From contig CAVVLO010000001.1 in the NCBI GenBank assembly GCA_963749155.1, forward strand, positions 192,001-256,000: a stretch of 64,000 bases of DNA, written 5' to 3'. Under the pieces are notes generated by a model. That model ran no database searches, had not been told where the DNA came from, and saw only the letters and a list, made by a program, of their open reading frames with translations. Of this stretch, positions 28,567 to 37,909 are shown piece after piece. Origin of the DNA: an uncultured Armatimonadia bacterium. Its GTDB lineage: Bacteria > Armatimonadota > Zipacnadia > CAVVLO01. The translations under genes were made by a program, and so were the position numbers. Positions within the stretch are counted from its first letter, which is position 1. Each line of letters begins with the position of its first letter.

Positions 28567-29637
28567 ATGCCTGCTGAAGAGGCTCCAATAAGAGTCCTGG
28601 TGGCTGACGATTCCACGCTTATGCGCCGGATGCTTTGCGATTTTCTCGCTAGCCAGCCTGACTTTGAGGTCGTAGGCTCGGCAAGAGACGGGATGGAAGC
28701 TTGCGACCTGGTTCGCTCGCTAAGGCCAGATGTCGTAACGATGGACGTTTATATGCCGCGGAAAGACGGGGTGGCATGCGTCGCCGAATTGATGACAACC
28801 TGTCCCACTCCAATTGTGATGCTCAGCGCGGTAACGCGTGAAAGCGCCAGCGTGACTATGGATGCGCTGGCCGCTGGCGCCGTTGATTTCGTAGCCAAAC
28901 CTCGTAAAGGCGGGCTTGGCGAGATTGCAGACGAACTGCTTGGCAAGCTGCGGAACGCTGCGCGCGCTTCTGTTGTAGCTCCAAAAACAGCTGAGCCGGG
29001 AGCTTTTGTACGCTCTCGAACTGGTTCGCTTGTTGACGCAAAGGCCTCTCCCTCTGCAGTGATGTTGATAGGTGCTTCGACCGGTGGCCCCAATGCTCTG
29101 GACCAGCTAGTGACAACACTGGATGCAAGCCTGCCGGTAACCTGGGTTTTTGTGCAACATATGCCGGCAGGATTCACAGCCAGTCTGGCTGAACGCCTGG
29201 ACAAGCGTAGCGAACTTCGACTGGCCGAGGCCGAAAAGGGGCAAATGCTGGCGCGTGGCCAGGGGGTGCTGGCACCGGGCGGGCTTCATCTGGAGTTTGA
29301 CGCTGAAATGCGGTGCCGCCTTACCGATTCGGTATCTGTAAATGGGGTGCGCCCCTCTGTGGATGTAACAGCCTTCTCACTCGCCAAGAACTACACAAAA
29401 CCAGTTGGGTTCATCCTGATGACAGGAATGGGCCGGGACGGTGCAGACGGCGCTAAAGCTCTGTATACCCGGGGTAAGACTCTGGCCTTGGCTCAAAGCC
29501 CCGATACCTGTGTAGTTGCGGGGATGCCCAGGTCTTTGCTTGGACTCAACTTGCCCCATGTAGATTCAATCCCCCTCGACAGACTCGGTCAAGCTGCAAA
29601 CCGGCTGGCTGGCGCGCTGATAAAGGGCGCGTGGTAA
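28567..29637 (+). CDS. cheB: Chemotaxis methylesterase CheB
   Basis: Receiver domain followed by GASTGGP, VQHMP, RPSVD and MTGMGRDG. Confidence 0.95.
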   Translation: MPAEEAPIRVLVADDSTLMRRMLCDFLASQPDFEVVGSARDGMEACDLVRSLRPDVVTMDVYMPRKDGVACVAELMTTCPTPIVMLSAVTRESASVTMDALAAGAVDFVAKPRKGGLGEIADELLGKLRNAARASVVAPKTAEPGAFVRSRTGSLVDAKASPSAVMLIGASTGGPNALDQLVTTLDASLPVTWVFVQHMPAGFTASLAERLDKRSELRLAEAEKGQMLARGQGVLAPGGLHLEFDAEMRCRLTDSVSVNGVRPSVDVTAFSLAKNYTKPVGFILMTGMGRDGADGAKALYTRGKTLALAQSPDTCVVAGMPRSLLGLNLPHVDSIPLDRLGQAANRLAGALIKGAW

Positions 29638-29640
29638 ACC

Positions 29641-30435
29641 TTGTTGGTAAGGCCCCAGCTAAGCGATCTGGAATATGACAGCCTGATCCGGCGGCTCTCG
29701 AATCTGGCTGGCGTTGACCTCAGGAAATACAAAAGAGACCAACTGCGACGCCGACTTCTCAATGAGATGACCAGGCGCCAGATAACTACTGCTGCCGAGT
29801 TGCTGGCCTTGTTTTCGGGGACTGAGGCTAGTGCCGCATCTCTGGTGTCCTCGCTGACCATCAACGTAACCGAAGCAAACCGCGATCCGGCGCGCTTCAG
29901 AGAATTATACGAACGGGCAATTAAACCACTTGCAAATCTTGGCCATTCTCTAAAAGTCTGGAGCGCCGGATGCAGTTATGGAGCCGAACCTGTCACCCTG
30001 GCGCTTTACCTGGCCCAAACCGCGCCTCTGGAGCGGTTCTCCATACTGGCAACCGACATCGATCCCATGATCCTGGAGCAGGCGTGTTTGTTGCGGTTCG
30101 TCCAGCGCGACCTGAAAAACCTGCCACCCGAGTGGGTTGAAGAGTGGTTCCAGCCAGATGATAAAGGCTGGCATCTGGCTGACAGGCTAGGACGAACCTT
30201 GCGGTTCCGAAAGCATGATTTGATTAGCGACGATTACCCAGCAAGACTGGACCTGATTGTGTTCCGAAATGTGGCTATCTATTTCGAACAGGAAGCAACC
30301 CGAGAAGTACATTGCAAAATGGCCAGCAGCCTTAAGCCTGGTGGTTTCCTGTTTCTTGGCGCTACAGAGCGGGTTATCAGCCCTGAGAATTATGGACTGA
30401 GTGCTGTTGCGCCTTTTCTATACCAAAAGGCCTAA
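29641..30435 (+). CDS. cheR: Chemotaxis methyltransferase CheR
   Basis: LTINVT, VWSAGCSYGAEP, ILATDID, FRNVAIYF and LKPGGFLFLG. Confidence 0.93.
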   Translation: MLVRPQLSDLEYDSLIRRLSNLAGVDLRKYKRDQLRRRLLNEMTRRQITTAAELLALFSGTEASAASLVSSLTINVTEANRDPARFRELYERAIKPLANLGHSLKVWSAGCSYGAEPVTLALYLAQTAPLERFSILATDIDPMILEQACLLRFVQRDLKNLPPEWVEEWFQPDDKGWHLADRLGRTLRFRKHDLISDDYPARLDLIVFRNVAIYFEQEATREVHCKMASSLKPGGFLFLGATERVISPENYGLSAVAPFLYQKA

Positions 30436-30460
30436 GGGCCAGAACCCAGGATGCCGATAA
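30433..30460 (+). promoter_or_regulatory. Internal sigma28-type promoter upstream of cheY
   Basis: TAAG-N16-GCCGATAA with a consensus -10, in the cheR-cheY gap. Confidence 0.75.
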
Positions 30461-30492
30461 CTAGATAGAACTGGGACAAGGAGGTGCTGGTG

Positions 30493-30861
30493 TTGGCTCG
30501 AGTGTTGATTGTGGACGATGCTATGTTCATGCGGGTAGGTCTGAAGAACATCTTGCAGGGCAATGGACTGGAGGTCGTAGACGAGGCTGATAACGGCGAA
30601 GATGCCATAGCCAAATTTCAACAGCATAAGCCCGATTTGGTGACGATGGACATCACAATGCCCAAGATGGATGGCATTGCAGCTACGCGCGAGATCAAGA
30701 AACTTGATCCCGAAGCCAAGGTTATTATGGTGACCGCAATGGGACAGAAACATATGGTCATCCAGGCCATTGAGGCGGGCGCGCGAGATTTCATTGTGAA
30801 ACCTTTCCAGCCGGACCGGGTGATGGACGGGGTGCGCAAGTTGCTGGGACTGGGGGAATAA
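30493..30861 (+). CDS. cheY: Chemotaxis response regulator CheY
   Basis: VLIVDDAMFMR, MDITMPKMDG, TAMGQ and FIVKPFQ (Bacillus/Thermotoga-type CheY); RBS AAGGAGGTG; TTG start. Confidence 0.93.
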   Translation: MARVLIVDDAMFMRVGLKNILQGNGLEVVDEADNGEDAIAKFQQHKPDLVTMDITMPKMDGIAATREIKKLDPEAKVIMVTAMGQKHMVIQAIEAGARDFIVKPFQPDRVMDGVRKLLGLGE

Positions 30862-30865
30862 ACAG

Positions 30866-31336
30866 ATGACGAGACAGATATTGATAGCTTTTGCCACAGC
30901 AATCAAGCGGGTTCTGCTAGGGCTAAACCTGGGTGATGTCGAGTTGCGGGCAGAACCTGCTGATCGACTTGAGACAGGTTGGTGGTATCCCGATGGGCCG
31001 ACCGTGATGGTAGGAGTTGTCGGAAGCTTCCGCACCCAGGCTGTCCTTCACATGAAGCCGGAGGTATCGCTTCAGGTGGCTTCGGCAATGATAGGTATGC
31101 CAGTCACAGAACTGGACGAACTCGCCTCCAGCGCAATTTGTGAACTGGGCAATATGATAATGGGTAATGCGGCAACCGAACTCTCCCAGCTTAACTTGTC
31201 TGTGGACATTACTCCTGCCTCCTTGTTGCTTGGTGACAAGATGCGCGTCCAGTCGTTGCAGCCCCATGTATCGTTGGCTCTGGAGACAAGCGCGGGCAGT
31301 GTCAAGCTGGTGTTGTCAGCTTTCGAATTCGAATAA
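30866..31336 (+). CDS. cheX: CheX-family CheY-P phosphatase
   Basis: VMVGVVG...ASAM.G...DELASSAICELGNMIMGNA...DITP. Confidence 0.9.
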   Translation: MTRQILIAFATAIKRVLLGLNLGDVELRAEPADRLETGWWYPDGPTVMVGVVGSFRTQAVLHMKPEVSLQVASAMIGMPVTELDELASSAICELGNMIMGNAATELSQLNLSVDITPASLLLGDKMRVQSLQPHVSLALETSAGSVKLVLSAFEFE

Positions 31337-31563
31337 CCAGGCCAATGCCAAAATCCGGACCGCTGGATGAGGCTGGTGCTAGCCTGGCTGTGGCATATAA
31401 GCCAGGAGGCTCGAGAAGGGCCATAGCCTTCCTGGCAGGTGCTTCTGGCGTTTGTCTCAGAAGACCTTGCAGGGCCTTTGCTGGGGCCTTTCAGGGCGGC
31501 GAAGGATATGATATACTCCCCCTGCTTTGATAAGACACCCGAACTCGAAGGGCGGTATACGTA

Positions 31564-31701
31564 GTGAAACGGACTTGGCAACCCAAGAAGGTCTCGCGCA
31601 GCCGCAGGCTGGGCTTCCTTAAGCGGATGAGCACCCATAGTGGGCGCTCGGTCATCAAAAGTCGCAGAGCCAAAGGTCGCAAGAGGCTAACCCCAGTCTA
31701 G
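31564..31701 (+). CDS. rpmH: 50S ribosomal protein L34
   Basis: Below the ORF-track cutoff. GTG start; [45 protein letters not shown]. Confidence 0.97.
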   Translation: MKRTWQPKKVSRSRRLGFLKRMSTHSGRSVIKSRRAKGRKRLTPV

Positions 31702-31713
31702 GGGAGGTTTCCC

Positions 31714-32064
31714 GTGAAGGGGACCCTTAAGTCTCGGGCAAGACTTCAACAGCTCTTCGACACCGGCAAGCGGATCCGCGGACATAACGCACTGCTTCTT
31801 TACAGCAAGTTGGAAGGGCCTTGGGCTTTTGCCTTTATTGCTGGCAAGAGGCTCGGTGGAGCGGTTATGCGCAATCGGGCCAAACGCAGATTACGCGCCG
31901 CAGCAGCGTCTGCCTTGGCCAAGTGGACTCCGTCTGAGGGCGCTCAGCTAGTCTTGCTTGCGAATGCGCGGACGCTGAAGGTTCCTTTCGAAGCGTTGGT
32001 GGAGGACATCTGCCAGCTACTCGCTCAGTCAGGATGCGCAGCCAGAGAGGCGGAGAAAGCTTGA
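31714..32064 (+). CDS. rnpA: Ribonuclease P protein component
   Basis: [18 protein letters not shown] (RNR motif); follows rpmH. Confidence 0.93.
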   Translation: MKGTLKSRARLQQLFDTGKRIRGHNALLLYSKLEGPWAFAFIAGKRLGGAVMRNRAKRRLRAAAASALAKWTPSEGAQLVLLANARTLKVPFEALVEDICQLLAQSGCAAREAEKA

Positions 32065-32270
32065 AGCAACTCGCAATAGCGGCAATCCGGTTTTACCAGG
32101 TCTATTTGTCGCGTCTGAAGCCGCCAACATGCAGGTTCCGGCCAACTTGTTCTCATTATGCTATCGAGGCTTTGCAGCGCTACGGTTTTGTGCGTGGGCT
32201 GTATCTTGCACTCAAGCGGATCGCGCGCTGCAATCCTTTTACGCCTGGCGGCTATGACCCACTGCCCTAA
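32061..32270 (+). CDS. yidD: Membrane protein insertion efficiency factor YidD
   Basis: IRFYQ..LS...[12 protein letters not shown]...[13 protein letters not shown]. Confidence 0.95.
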   Translation: MKQLAIAAIRFYQVYLSRLKPPTCRFRPTCSHYAIEALQRYGFVRGLYLALKRIARCNPFTPGGYDPLP

Positions 32271-32295
32271 GCGCGGACATCAGGAGCTATTTTTT

Positions 32296-33600
32296 GTGAG
32301 ATTAAGTGATAACAAGAGAGCCAGACTCGCTCTGCTACTGCTTTTACTGCTAGCCCTTCCTTTGGTGCTCGCATCTTGTGCGGGAGGCGCCAAGCCGAAG
32401 TCCGATGCTGAATATCAGCAGATAGGCCAGAAGCTAGTCGATGAAATAAAAGCCGCCCAGGCAGAGCCTCAGGCGACCGAACAGATAGAAAAACTGAAGA
32501 AGCAACTCGTACCCGCCGACGGTGTAGTGGATCCCAAGGCAAAACTCACGGAAGAGCAGATCAAGTCACTCTTTAGTGTGGCGCTGCTCTATGATTTTGG
32601 CAGCACGGGCAATGAGACCGAAGCCATCGAATACTACCAGCGTTTCGTTGCAGCTGCCCGGATGAACGAGTCTGCTCCTTATGCAATGGCGCGCTCGGCT
32701 TATCTGCTAGAGCAGAAAGGCGATCTGAAGCAGGCCGAAGCCCTCTACAGCAATGTGCTTATGACATCAGCCAAGGCCGTTATACCCTGGGGGCCAGACC
32801 TGCAGCTCATTCGCATAGAGCTAGGCCCGGGCGAACGTTACGACACACTGGTCAAGAATCAGGGTTTGTACCGACTTGTAGACTTCTTCGTCTCACTCAC
32901 CGGACGCAACCAGAGTTTCAGCTACGGTTTGGCCGTCATCCTGCTCGCCCTGCTATTCCGCTTGCTGCTCTTCCCCTTCACGAAGAAGCAGGTCAAGGCG
33001 ATGGCAGATATGCAGCGGGTAAAGCCTCTTGTAGACGAGGCTAACCGCAAATTTAAGGGCGACAAGGAACGGCTCAACAAAGAGGTAATGGCGATCTACC
33101 AGCGCGAGGGTGTAAATCCCCTCGCCGGGTGCCTGCCTTTGCTTGTACAACTGCCGGTCATCTTCATCCTGTACAAGGCCATCAGGCTTTACAACTTCCA
33201 GTTTACTCACGCTAGCTTCCTTTGGGTCAAGAAGCTCTCCGAGCCGGATATGCCGCTGCTGATCATCTATGTCATCAGTATGGCTATCACGCAGTTCTAC
33301 ACGAGCTTCTCGACTGATTCCGAGCAAAGGAAGCAGAACATGATGATGGCCATCATGATGCCGGCAATGCTGGCTTACTTCTTCTACTGGTTCCCAGCGG
33401 CGTTTATCCTGTTCTGGATAGCGCTCAACCTGGCGATGAGCTACCAACAGATAATGGTAGCCCGCAAGAATAAACTTGCCACAGCTAAGGGAACACCCGA
33501 TGTCGGGCTGGCCGAGAGGCCCAGGAAAGTCGACATGAGCGAGGAATCCTCGCCCGCCAGCGCACGCCGCAAGCGTAGAGAGCGGCGCAAGCAAAGCTGA
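32296..33600 (+). CDS. yidC: Membrane protein insertase YidC with lipoprotein signal and TPR-like extracytoplasmic domain
   Basis: LASC lipobox; YGLAVILL..FR.LLFP; VNPLAGCLPLLVQLP; operon position. GTG start after AGGAG. Confidence 0.92.
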   Translation: MRLSDNKRARLALLLLLLLALPLVLASCAGGAKPKSDAEYQQIGQKLVDEIKAAQAEPQATEQIEKLKKQLVPADGVVDPKAKLTEEQIKSLFSVALLYDFGSTGNETEAIEYYQRFVAAARMNESAPYAMARSAYLLEQKGDLKQAEALYSNVLMTSAKAVIPWGPDLQLIRIELGPGERYDTLVKNQGLYRLVDFFVSLTGRNQSFSYGLAVILLALLFRLLLFPFTKKQVKAMADMQRVKPLVDEANRKFKGDKERLNKEVMAIYQREGVNPLAGCLPLLVQLPVIFILYKAIRLYNFQFTHASFLWVKKLSEPDMPLLIIYVISMAITQFYTSFSTDSEQRKQNMMMAIMMPAMLAYFFYWFPAAFILFWIALNLAMSYQQIMVARKNKLATAKGTPDVGLAERPRKVDMSEESSPASARRKRRERRKQS

Positions 33601-33640
33601 CCCCCCAGATCGTCGCACACTGATGCAGCAGGGGGATTGA

Positions 33641-34489
33641 ATGGAAGCTCAGATTATCGAAGTCTCGGGCAAGAGCCGTGAAGAGGCGCTTGCCGAGGCA
33701 CTCAGACTACTGGATGCAACAGAAGACCAGGTCAAGGTGGAGTCGGTCGATGAGACCGAGTCCAAGGGTTTTCTCGGTTTTGGCACCCAGACAGTTATCA
33801 ACCTCAGAGTACGCAAGCTCCCCGCCTCACTCGATTTGGCCCGAGAGTGTCTCCGTATGGCTTTGGCCAGTATGGATATCGAGGCCGAAGTCATCCTGCG
33901 CGAGCAGGACGCCGACTACCTGTATCTCGATCTCGAAGGCGAGGACCTGGGGCGCGTCATTGGGCGGCATGGCCAGACCCTCGAAGCTTTGCAGCTTGTT
34001 GCCGGCCTGATAACCACCAAAACCAGTTTCGACCGCAAGCGGGTCGTGCTGGATGCCGCTGGTTATCGCGAGCGCCGTCACGAGAAACTGGTTGATGAAG
34101 CCAAACATATCGCCGACAGAGCTTTACGTTCGGGTCAGCAGCAAGTCCTCAGGCCTATGAACAGCGCCGAGCGGCGTGTCATCCACATGGCGATTAGTCA
34201 GATTGAAGGGGTTTCCACCCATAGTGAGGGCGAGGGTGAGGGACGGCACATTCTCCTTGTCCCCGACAAGAAGCAGGGGGGCACTCGTCAGCGTCGTGGT
34301 CGCAAGCCAGCAAGCCCTGCTGCAGCCTCATCAGACAGCTCTGCCGAGGCCAAATCCGCCCGGCCCGCCCGGCCGGCCAGACAGCCAAAAAGCAAGCCCG
34401 CCGCGCCGGATAGCAAGCCTGGCAAGAATGAGCCGTCCGGGCCTGGCCGGATAACTTCCTTCGGTGATGATGACATCGAGTGGGGTTAG
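33641..34489 (+). CDS. jag: Jag/EloR (KhpB) RNA-binding protein, KH and R3H domains
   Basis: KGFLGFG; IGRHGQTLEALQ; PMNSAERRVIH; THSEGEG. Confidence 0.93.
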   Translation: MEAQIIEVSGKSREEALAEALRLLDATEDQVKVESVDETESKGFLGFGTQTVINLRVRKLPASLDLARECLRMALASMDIEAEVILREQDADYLYLDLEGEDLGRVIGRHGQTLEALQLVAGLITTKTSFDRKRVVLDAAGYRERRHEKLVDEAKHIADRALRSGQQQVLRPMNSAERRVIHMAISQIEGVSTHSEGEGEGRHILLVPDKKQGGTRQRRGRKPASPAAASSDSSAEAKSARPARPARQPKSKPAAPDSKPGKNEPSGPGRITSFGDDDIEWG

Positions 34490-34510
34490 GCCTTAAGACC
34501 TTATGACAGC

Positions 34511-34547
34511 AAAACCCCGTCCGGTTATCCGGGCGGGGTTTATTTTT
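34511..34547. terminator. Bidirectional intrinsic terminator
   Basis: AAAACCCCGTCCGG-TTAT-CCGGGCGGGGTTTATTTTT between convergent genes. Confidence 0.85.
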
Positions 34548-34561
34548 ACCCAGCTGATTGG

Positions 34562-35596
34562 CTAATCTTCCGTGGAAACCTGTTCCACCCCGTCCACCCA
34601 GAGCTGCGTACCTTTGCGCGCTATCTTGTACGGCAGCACCTCTGCTCCCGCCTCAGTGAGCGCGGTCTTCACGGCTTCGGCAGAGCCCGGCTTCACGAAA
34701 CTTATCATACAGCCCCCTCCCCCAGCGCCGCAGATCTTGCTTGCGAGGGCTCCTGCGTCTTTGGCAGCGGCCATAATGCGCTCGATCCGCTCATTGCTTA
34801 CTCCCTTGGCAAGGGTACGGCGGTTGTCCCATTCTATGGAAAGCTGCTCTGCAAACTTGTCGAAATCCGCCTCCAGCAGCGCCTCGCGCATTCCAAAGGC
34901 CGTGCCCTTTATGCGTCGAAGGGCCTGGACGGTATCTCCAGTGTTCTCGATGTAATACTTGAGCATATTCCAGTTGCTTGTGCCTGAGAAATGAGATATT
35001 CCCGTGAAGGAGAGGATCAGACGACTCTCCAGTTCGGCAATCGAGGCCTCACTGGGCAGCAGAGGCTCCAGCATATTGTGGTCGACATTGAACCAGATAG
35101 CGTTCACCGAGCCATAACAGGCCGCATAATAGTCCTGTTTGCCGGTAGGCACCCGGATAAGCTGGGCTTCCAGATTGGCTGCGACATCAATCGCTCGTTG
35201 TTTGCTAAGGTTGGTCTTGTTAAGACTGGTGAGCGCGGCGGTCAGCGATATGACAAGTGAGGAAGAAGCGCCCAGTCCGCTGCCTTTGGGCGGGTCGTTT
35301 TTGGTCCACAGGTTGATGCCGCAGTGGGGCTTGTAATGGCGGACCAGCCTGCCAAGCAGGGCCAGGTCACCTTCCAGAGGCACCTCCTCGAGGCTCTTGA
35401 AGGTCTCGGAGGCGCCGATATCTTCGGCTTCGAGGTGGATAGCCGTATCGCTGCGCGTCTCGAGGCGCACATGACTGTAGAGGTCTATCCCGACGTTGAC
35501 GGTAAGGCCGCCCTCCTCAAAAAGATAGAGTGGATAGAGGTCGAGAGTGCCTCCCGCCAGGTCAATGCGCGAAGGAGAACGCGCTTCAATTACCAT
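34562..35596 (-). CDS. GHMP kinase, HddA (heptose-7-phosphate kinase)-like
   Basis: PSRIDLAGGTLD; PKGSGLGASS; GKQD; KICGAGGGG. Confidence 0.88.
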   Translation of the reverse strand: MVIEARSPSRIDLAGGTLDLYPLYLFEEGGLTVNVGIDLYSHVRLETRSDTAIHLEAEDIGASETFKSLEEVPLEGDLALLGRLVRHYKPHCGINLWTKNDPPKGSGLGASSSLVISLTAALTSLNKTNLSKQRAIDVAANLEAQLIRVPTGKQDYYAACYGSVNAIWFNVDHNMLEPLLPSEASIAELESRLILSFTGISHFSGTSNWNMLKYYIENTGDTVQALRRIKGTAFGMREALLEADFDKFAEQLSIEWDNRRTLAKGVSNERIERIMAAAKDAGALASKICGAGGGGCMISFVKPGSAEAVKTALTEAGAEVLPYKIARKGTQLWVDGVEQVSTED

Positions 35597-35662
35597 CAGG
35601 TTCACCTGCCTGCTTAATAGGTCTGCTCAGATTAGACTAGCGCGCCCATCGCTGCAACCGCC

Positions 35663-36745
35663 TTACTCCAGCGGCCTGCCGTTGTAGGTGCCGTATTTCT
35701 CGGCCATCTCGAGCGCGAACTTGTAGTTCTCAAAGGACACCGTCTGAGGCACCGAGTGGTCGGAATGGAAGATGTAGCGCCCGTTTTTGCCCGCGATGCG
35801 TATCTTGCTGCTGATCTCTTCCTCGATGGCGGCTTTGTCGTCCAGGCTGAGGATGCGGACGTCAATATTGCCGAAGAAGGTAATGACATCGCCGTATTCT
35901 TTGCGCAGCTCGCGGATGTCCTGGCCAACCTTGGCCTCCAGCGGTTGCAGCGCGGCCCAGCCTTCTTCAATGATGTCGGGGATTATTTCAAGCACCTTGC
36001 CGCAACTGTGCAAGACGCAGGGTATATCCTTCTGTTTGAAATGGTCTACGATACGACAGTGGGCAGGCTTCAGCAGGTCGCGATAAAGGGCTGGCGAGAA
36101 GAGCAGGCTGTTGCGATAGCCCACATCGCCCCAAAACCAGGCCCCGTCGCAGTAGCCGCCCTGCTCCAGATACAGGTCGAAGGTGCTGATCATCAGGTCA
36201 GCGTAAGTCTCGAAGATGTCACGGACAACTTCGGGATACTCCATCATCCAGGTGAAGATGCCCACCTGCCCCAGGACTGGCCAACACGACTCGTAGGGTT
36301 CGACGCCCGAGAAGCACACGAACTTGTCGCTTGCCTTGACTGCGGCGGAAAGCTCCGGCAGGTTGGCGGGCAGTCTTTCCACGCAGGGCACGAGGCGCTC
36401 CTTGTACTCGAACCAGTCGGCCGGTTCCTTGATGGTGTGCTCCAGCCAGTGAGGGGTGTAACCACACTTGCCCTTGAAGTCTTTGCGCTTGACCCCGTTG
36501 GCGTCCCAGTGGATGATGTACTCGTCGGTCTCCTCGACGATCTTGCCTGGCAAGCGCAGCGAAGTATCAATGCCGATATTGTTGAACTCGTTGTCGAAGT
36601 ACTGCTCGGCGCCCATATCAGCGGGCAGGCCTTCCTGGTGCCAGCGCTCGACAGCCTCGGGCCAGAAATGCTCATGGTGAGGCACGCGGTCAGGCAGGCC
36701 GCCAGCCAGCACGCAGGCGACGCGTTCGCGAGAGGTCATCTCCAT
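35663..36745 (-). CDS. Uroporphyrinogen decarboxylase / MtaA-CmuA methyltransferase family protein
   Basis: MTSRERV...PDRVP; WGDVG....LLFSP; LHSCG; FFGNID; YIFHSDHSVP. Confidence 0.85.
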   Translation of the reverse strand: MEMTSRERVACVLAGGLPDRVPHHEHFWPEAVERWHQEGLPADMGAEQYFDNEFNNIGIDTSLRLPGKIVEETDEYIIHWDANGVKRKDFKGKCGYTPHWLEHTIKEPADWFEYKERLVPCVERLPANLPELSAAVKASDKFVCFSGVEPYESCWPVLGQVGIFTWMMEYPEVVRDIFETYADLMISTFDLYLEQGGYCDGAWFWGDVGYRNSLLFSPALYRDLLKPAHCRIVDHFKQKDIPCVLHSCGKVLEIIPDIIEEGWAALQPLEAKVGQDIRELRKEYGDVITFFGNIDVRILSLDDKAAIEEEISSKIRIAGKNGRYIFHSDHSVPQTVSFENYKFALEMAEKYGTYNGRPLE

Positions 36746-37909
36746 CTAGTCCGTTTCCCCTTGGTCGTAGCGCCCATACTTGAGCGCCGCGTTATACATA
36801 ACCTCATAGTGTTCAACGGGCGTACCGGGGGCGACATTACTACCCTCGCAGCAGATCCACCTGCCGCCTTCCATCACACCGGAGGCGCAGATACGCTTAA
36901 TCTCGGCTTCAATAGCGGCTTTGGGGCCGTTCTGAAGCAGGCCAGGATGCAGATTGCCATTGAGGTAAACGTCCGGTCCCAGCGTCTTGCGGATGCGTCC
37001 GAGGTCCACTGGGAAGCCCAGGTCGAAATGGCCAACCCCCAGGTCGTTGTGCAGCACGGGCAAGAGCCGCTCTACGTTGCCGCAGAGGTGGATGAAGACA
37101 GGATTGATGCCAGCAGTCAGTTCGTCCACCAACCGGCGATGATAAGGGTAGACGTTTTCCATATAGTCTTTCACCGAGAGCAGCTCGATGCTGTCGTCGG
37201 AGAAGCCCCAGACCTCAACAGGTTGTTTCCAGCCTGCGTAAGTCCACATTGCTTTCAGGCGCGCGATGGTTGCCGTGGTGATGAAGTCCATCAGCTCGTG
37301 GTAATACTCCGGGTCGGTATACATATCCAGGCAGACTTCAGTCGCTCCGCGCAGATTGCAGGCATTGGTGAAGGGGCCATCGGTGCCCAGCGAATAGCAC
37401 GACGCATCGCCGACCGGCCGGCCTTCGAACTCCATACCTCTGGCTTTCTCGCGCAGTGTCTCCGTCCACTCGACTACCTCGGGCATCAGAGGGGGAGGCA
37501 GCTCCATATGGGCCAGTTGATGTGGGTCGTCCTGCAGGAAGGAGATGAACCGTGGCACATCCCAGTCGAAGTATTCGATTGGGCACCCGAACCAGGCGGC
37601 CTCGTAGAAGTTCTGCTGATCAAAATAAGGCCCCGCCCATTGGGCGGGAAAGCCCATCTCCCGGTCCTGGAGCACGTTCAGGCGCATCCACCGCTGGTAG
37701 CGAAGCTGGACGTCCAGCATCACATCGGGATTAAGCGAATACTCGGCATAGGTGGGGTGGGGCCAATCGGGATCGGCTTTGGGATCCAGCACATAATGTT
37801 TCGTGTTGGTCAGGAAGGTAACGGGTACTCGATAAGGCTTGCCCGCCCAGAAGGCTTCCCAGACGCGGACAACCTCGGCATTGTGGGCTTCGAAATCAAC
37901 TTTTTGCAT
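36746..37909 (-). CDS. Uroporphyrinogen decarboxylase / MtaA-CmuA family protein
   Basis: GPFTNACNLRG; SDD; IHLCG; LNGNL.P; GSNVAPGTP.E. Confidence 0.82.
   Translation of the reverse strand: MQKVDFEAHNAEVVRVWEAFWAGKPYRVPVTFLTNTKHYVLDPKADPDWPHPTYAEYSLNPDVMLDVQLRYQRWMRLNVLQDREMGFPAQWAGPYFDQQNFYEAAWFGCPIEYFDWDVPRFISFLQDDPHQLAHMELPPPLMPEVVEWTETLREKARGMEFEGRPVGDASCYSLGTDGPFTNACNLRGATEVCLDMYTDPEYYHELMDFITTATIARLKAMWTYAGWKQPVEVWGFSDDSIELLSVKDYMENVYPYHRRLVDELTAGINPVFIHLCGNVERLLPVLHNDLGVGHFDLGFPVDLGRIRKTLGPDVYLNGNLHPGLLQNGPKAAIEAEIKRICASGVMEGGRWICCEGSNVAPGTPVEHYEVMYNAALKYGRYDQGETD

Noticed and set aside
31337..31563. oriC next to rpmH, or the 61-aa ORF 31345-31530
   Set aside because: No DnaA boxes or AT-rich element and no dnaA. 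The small ORF has no RBS or recognisable features.
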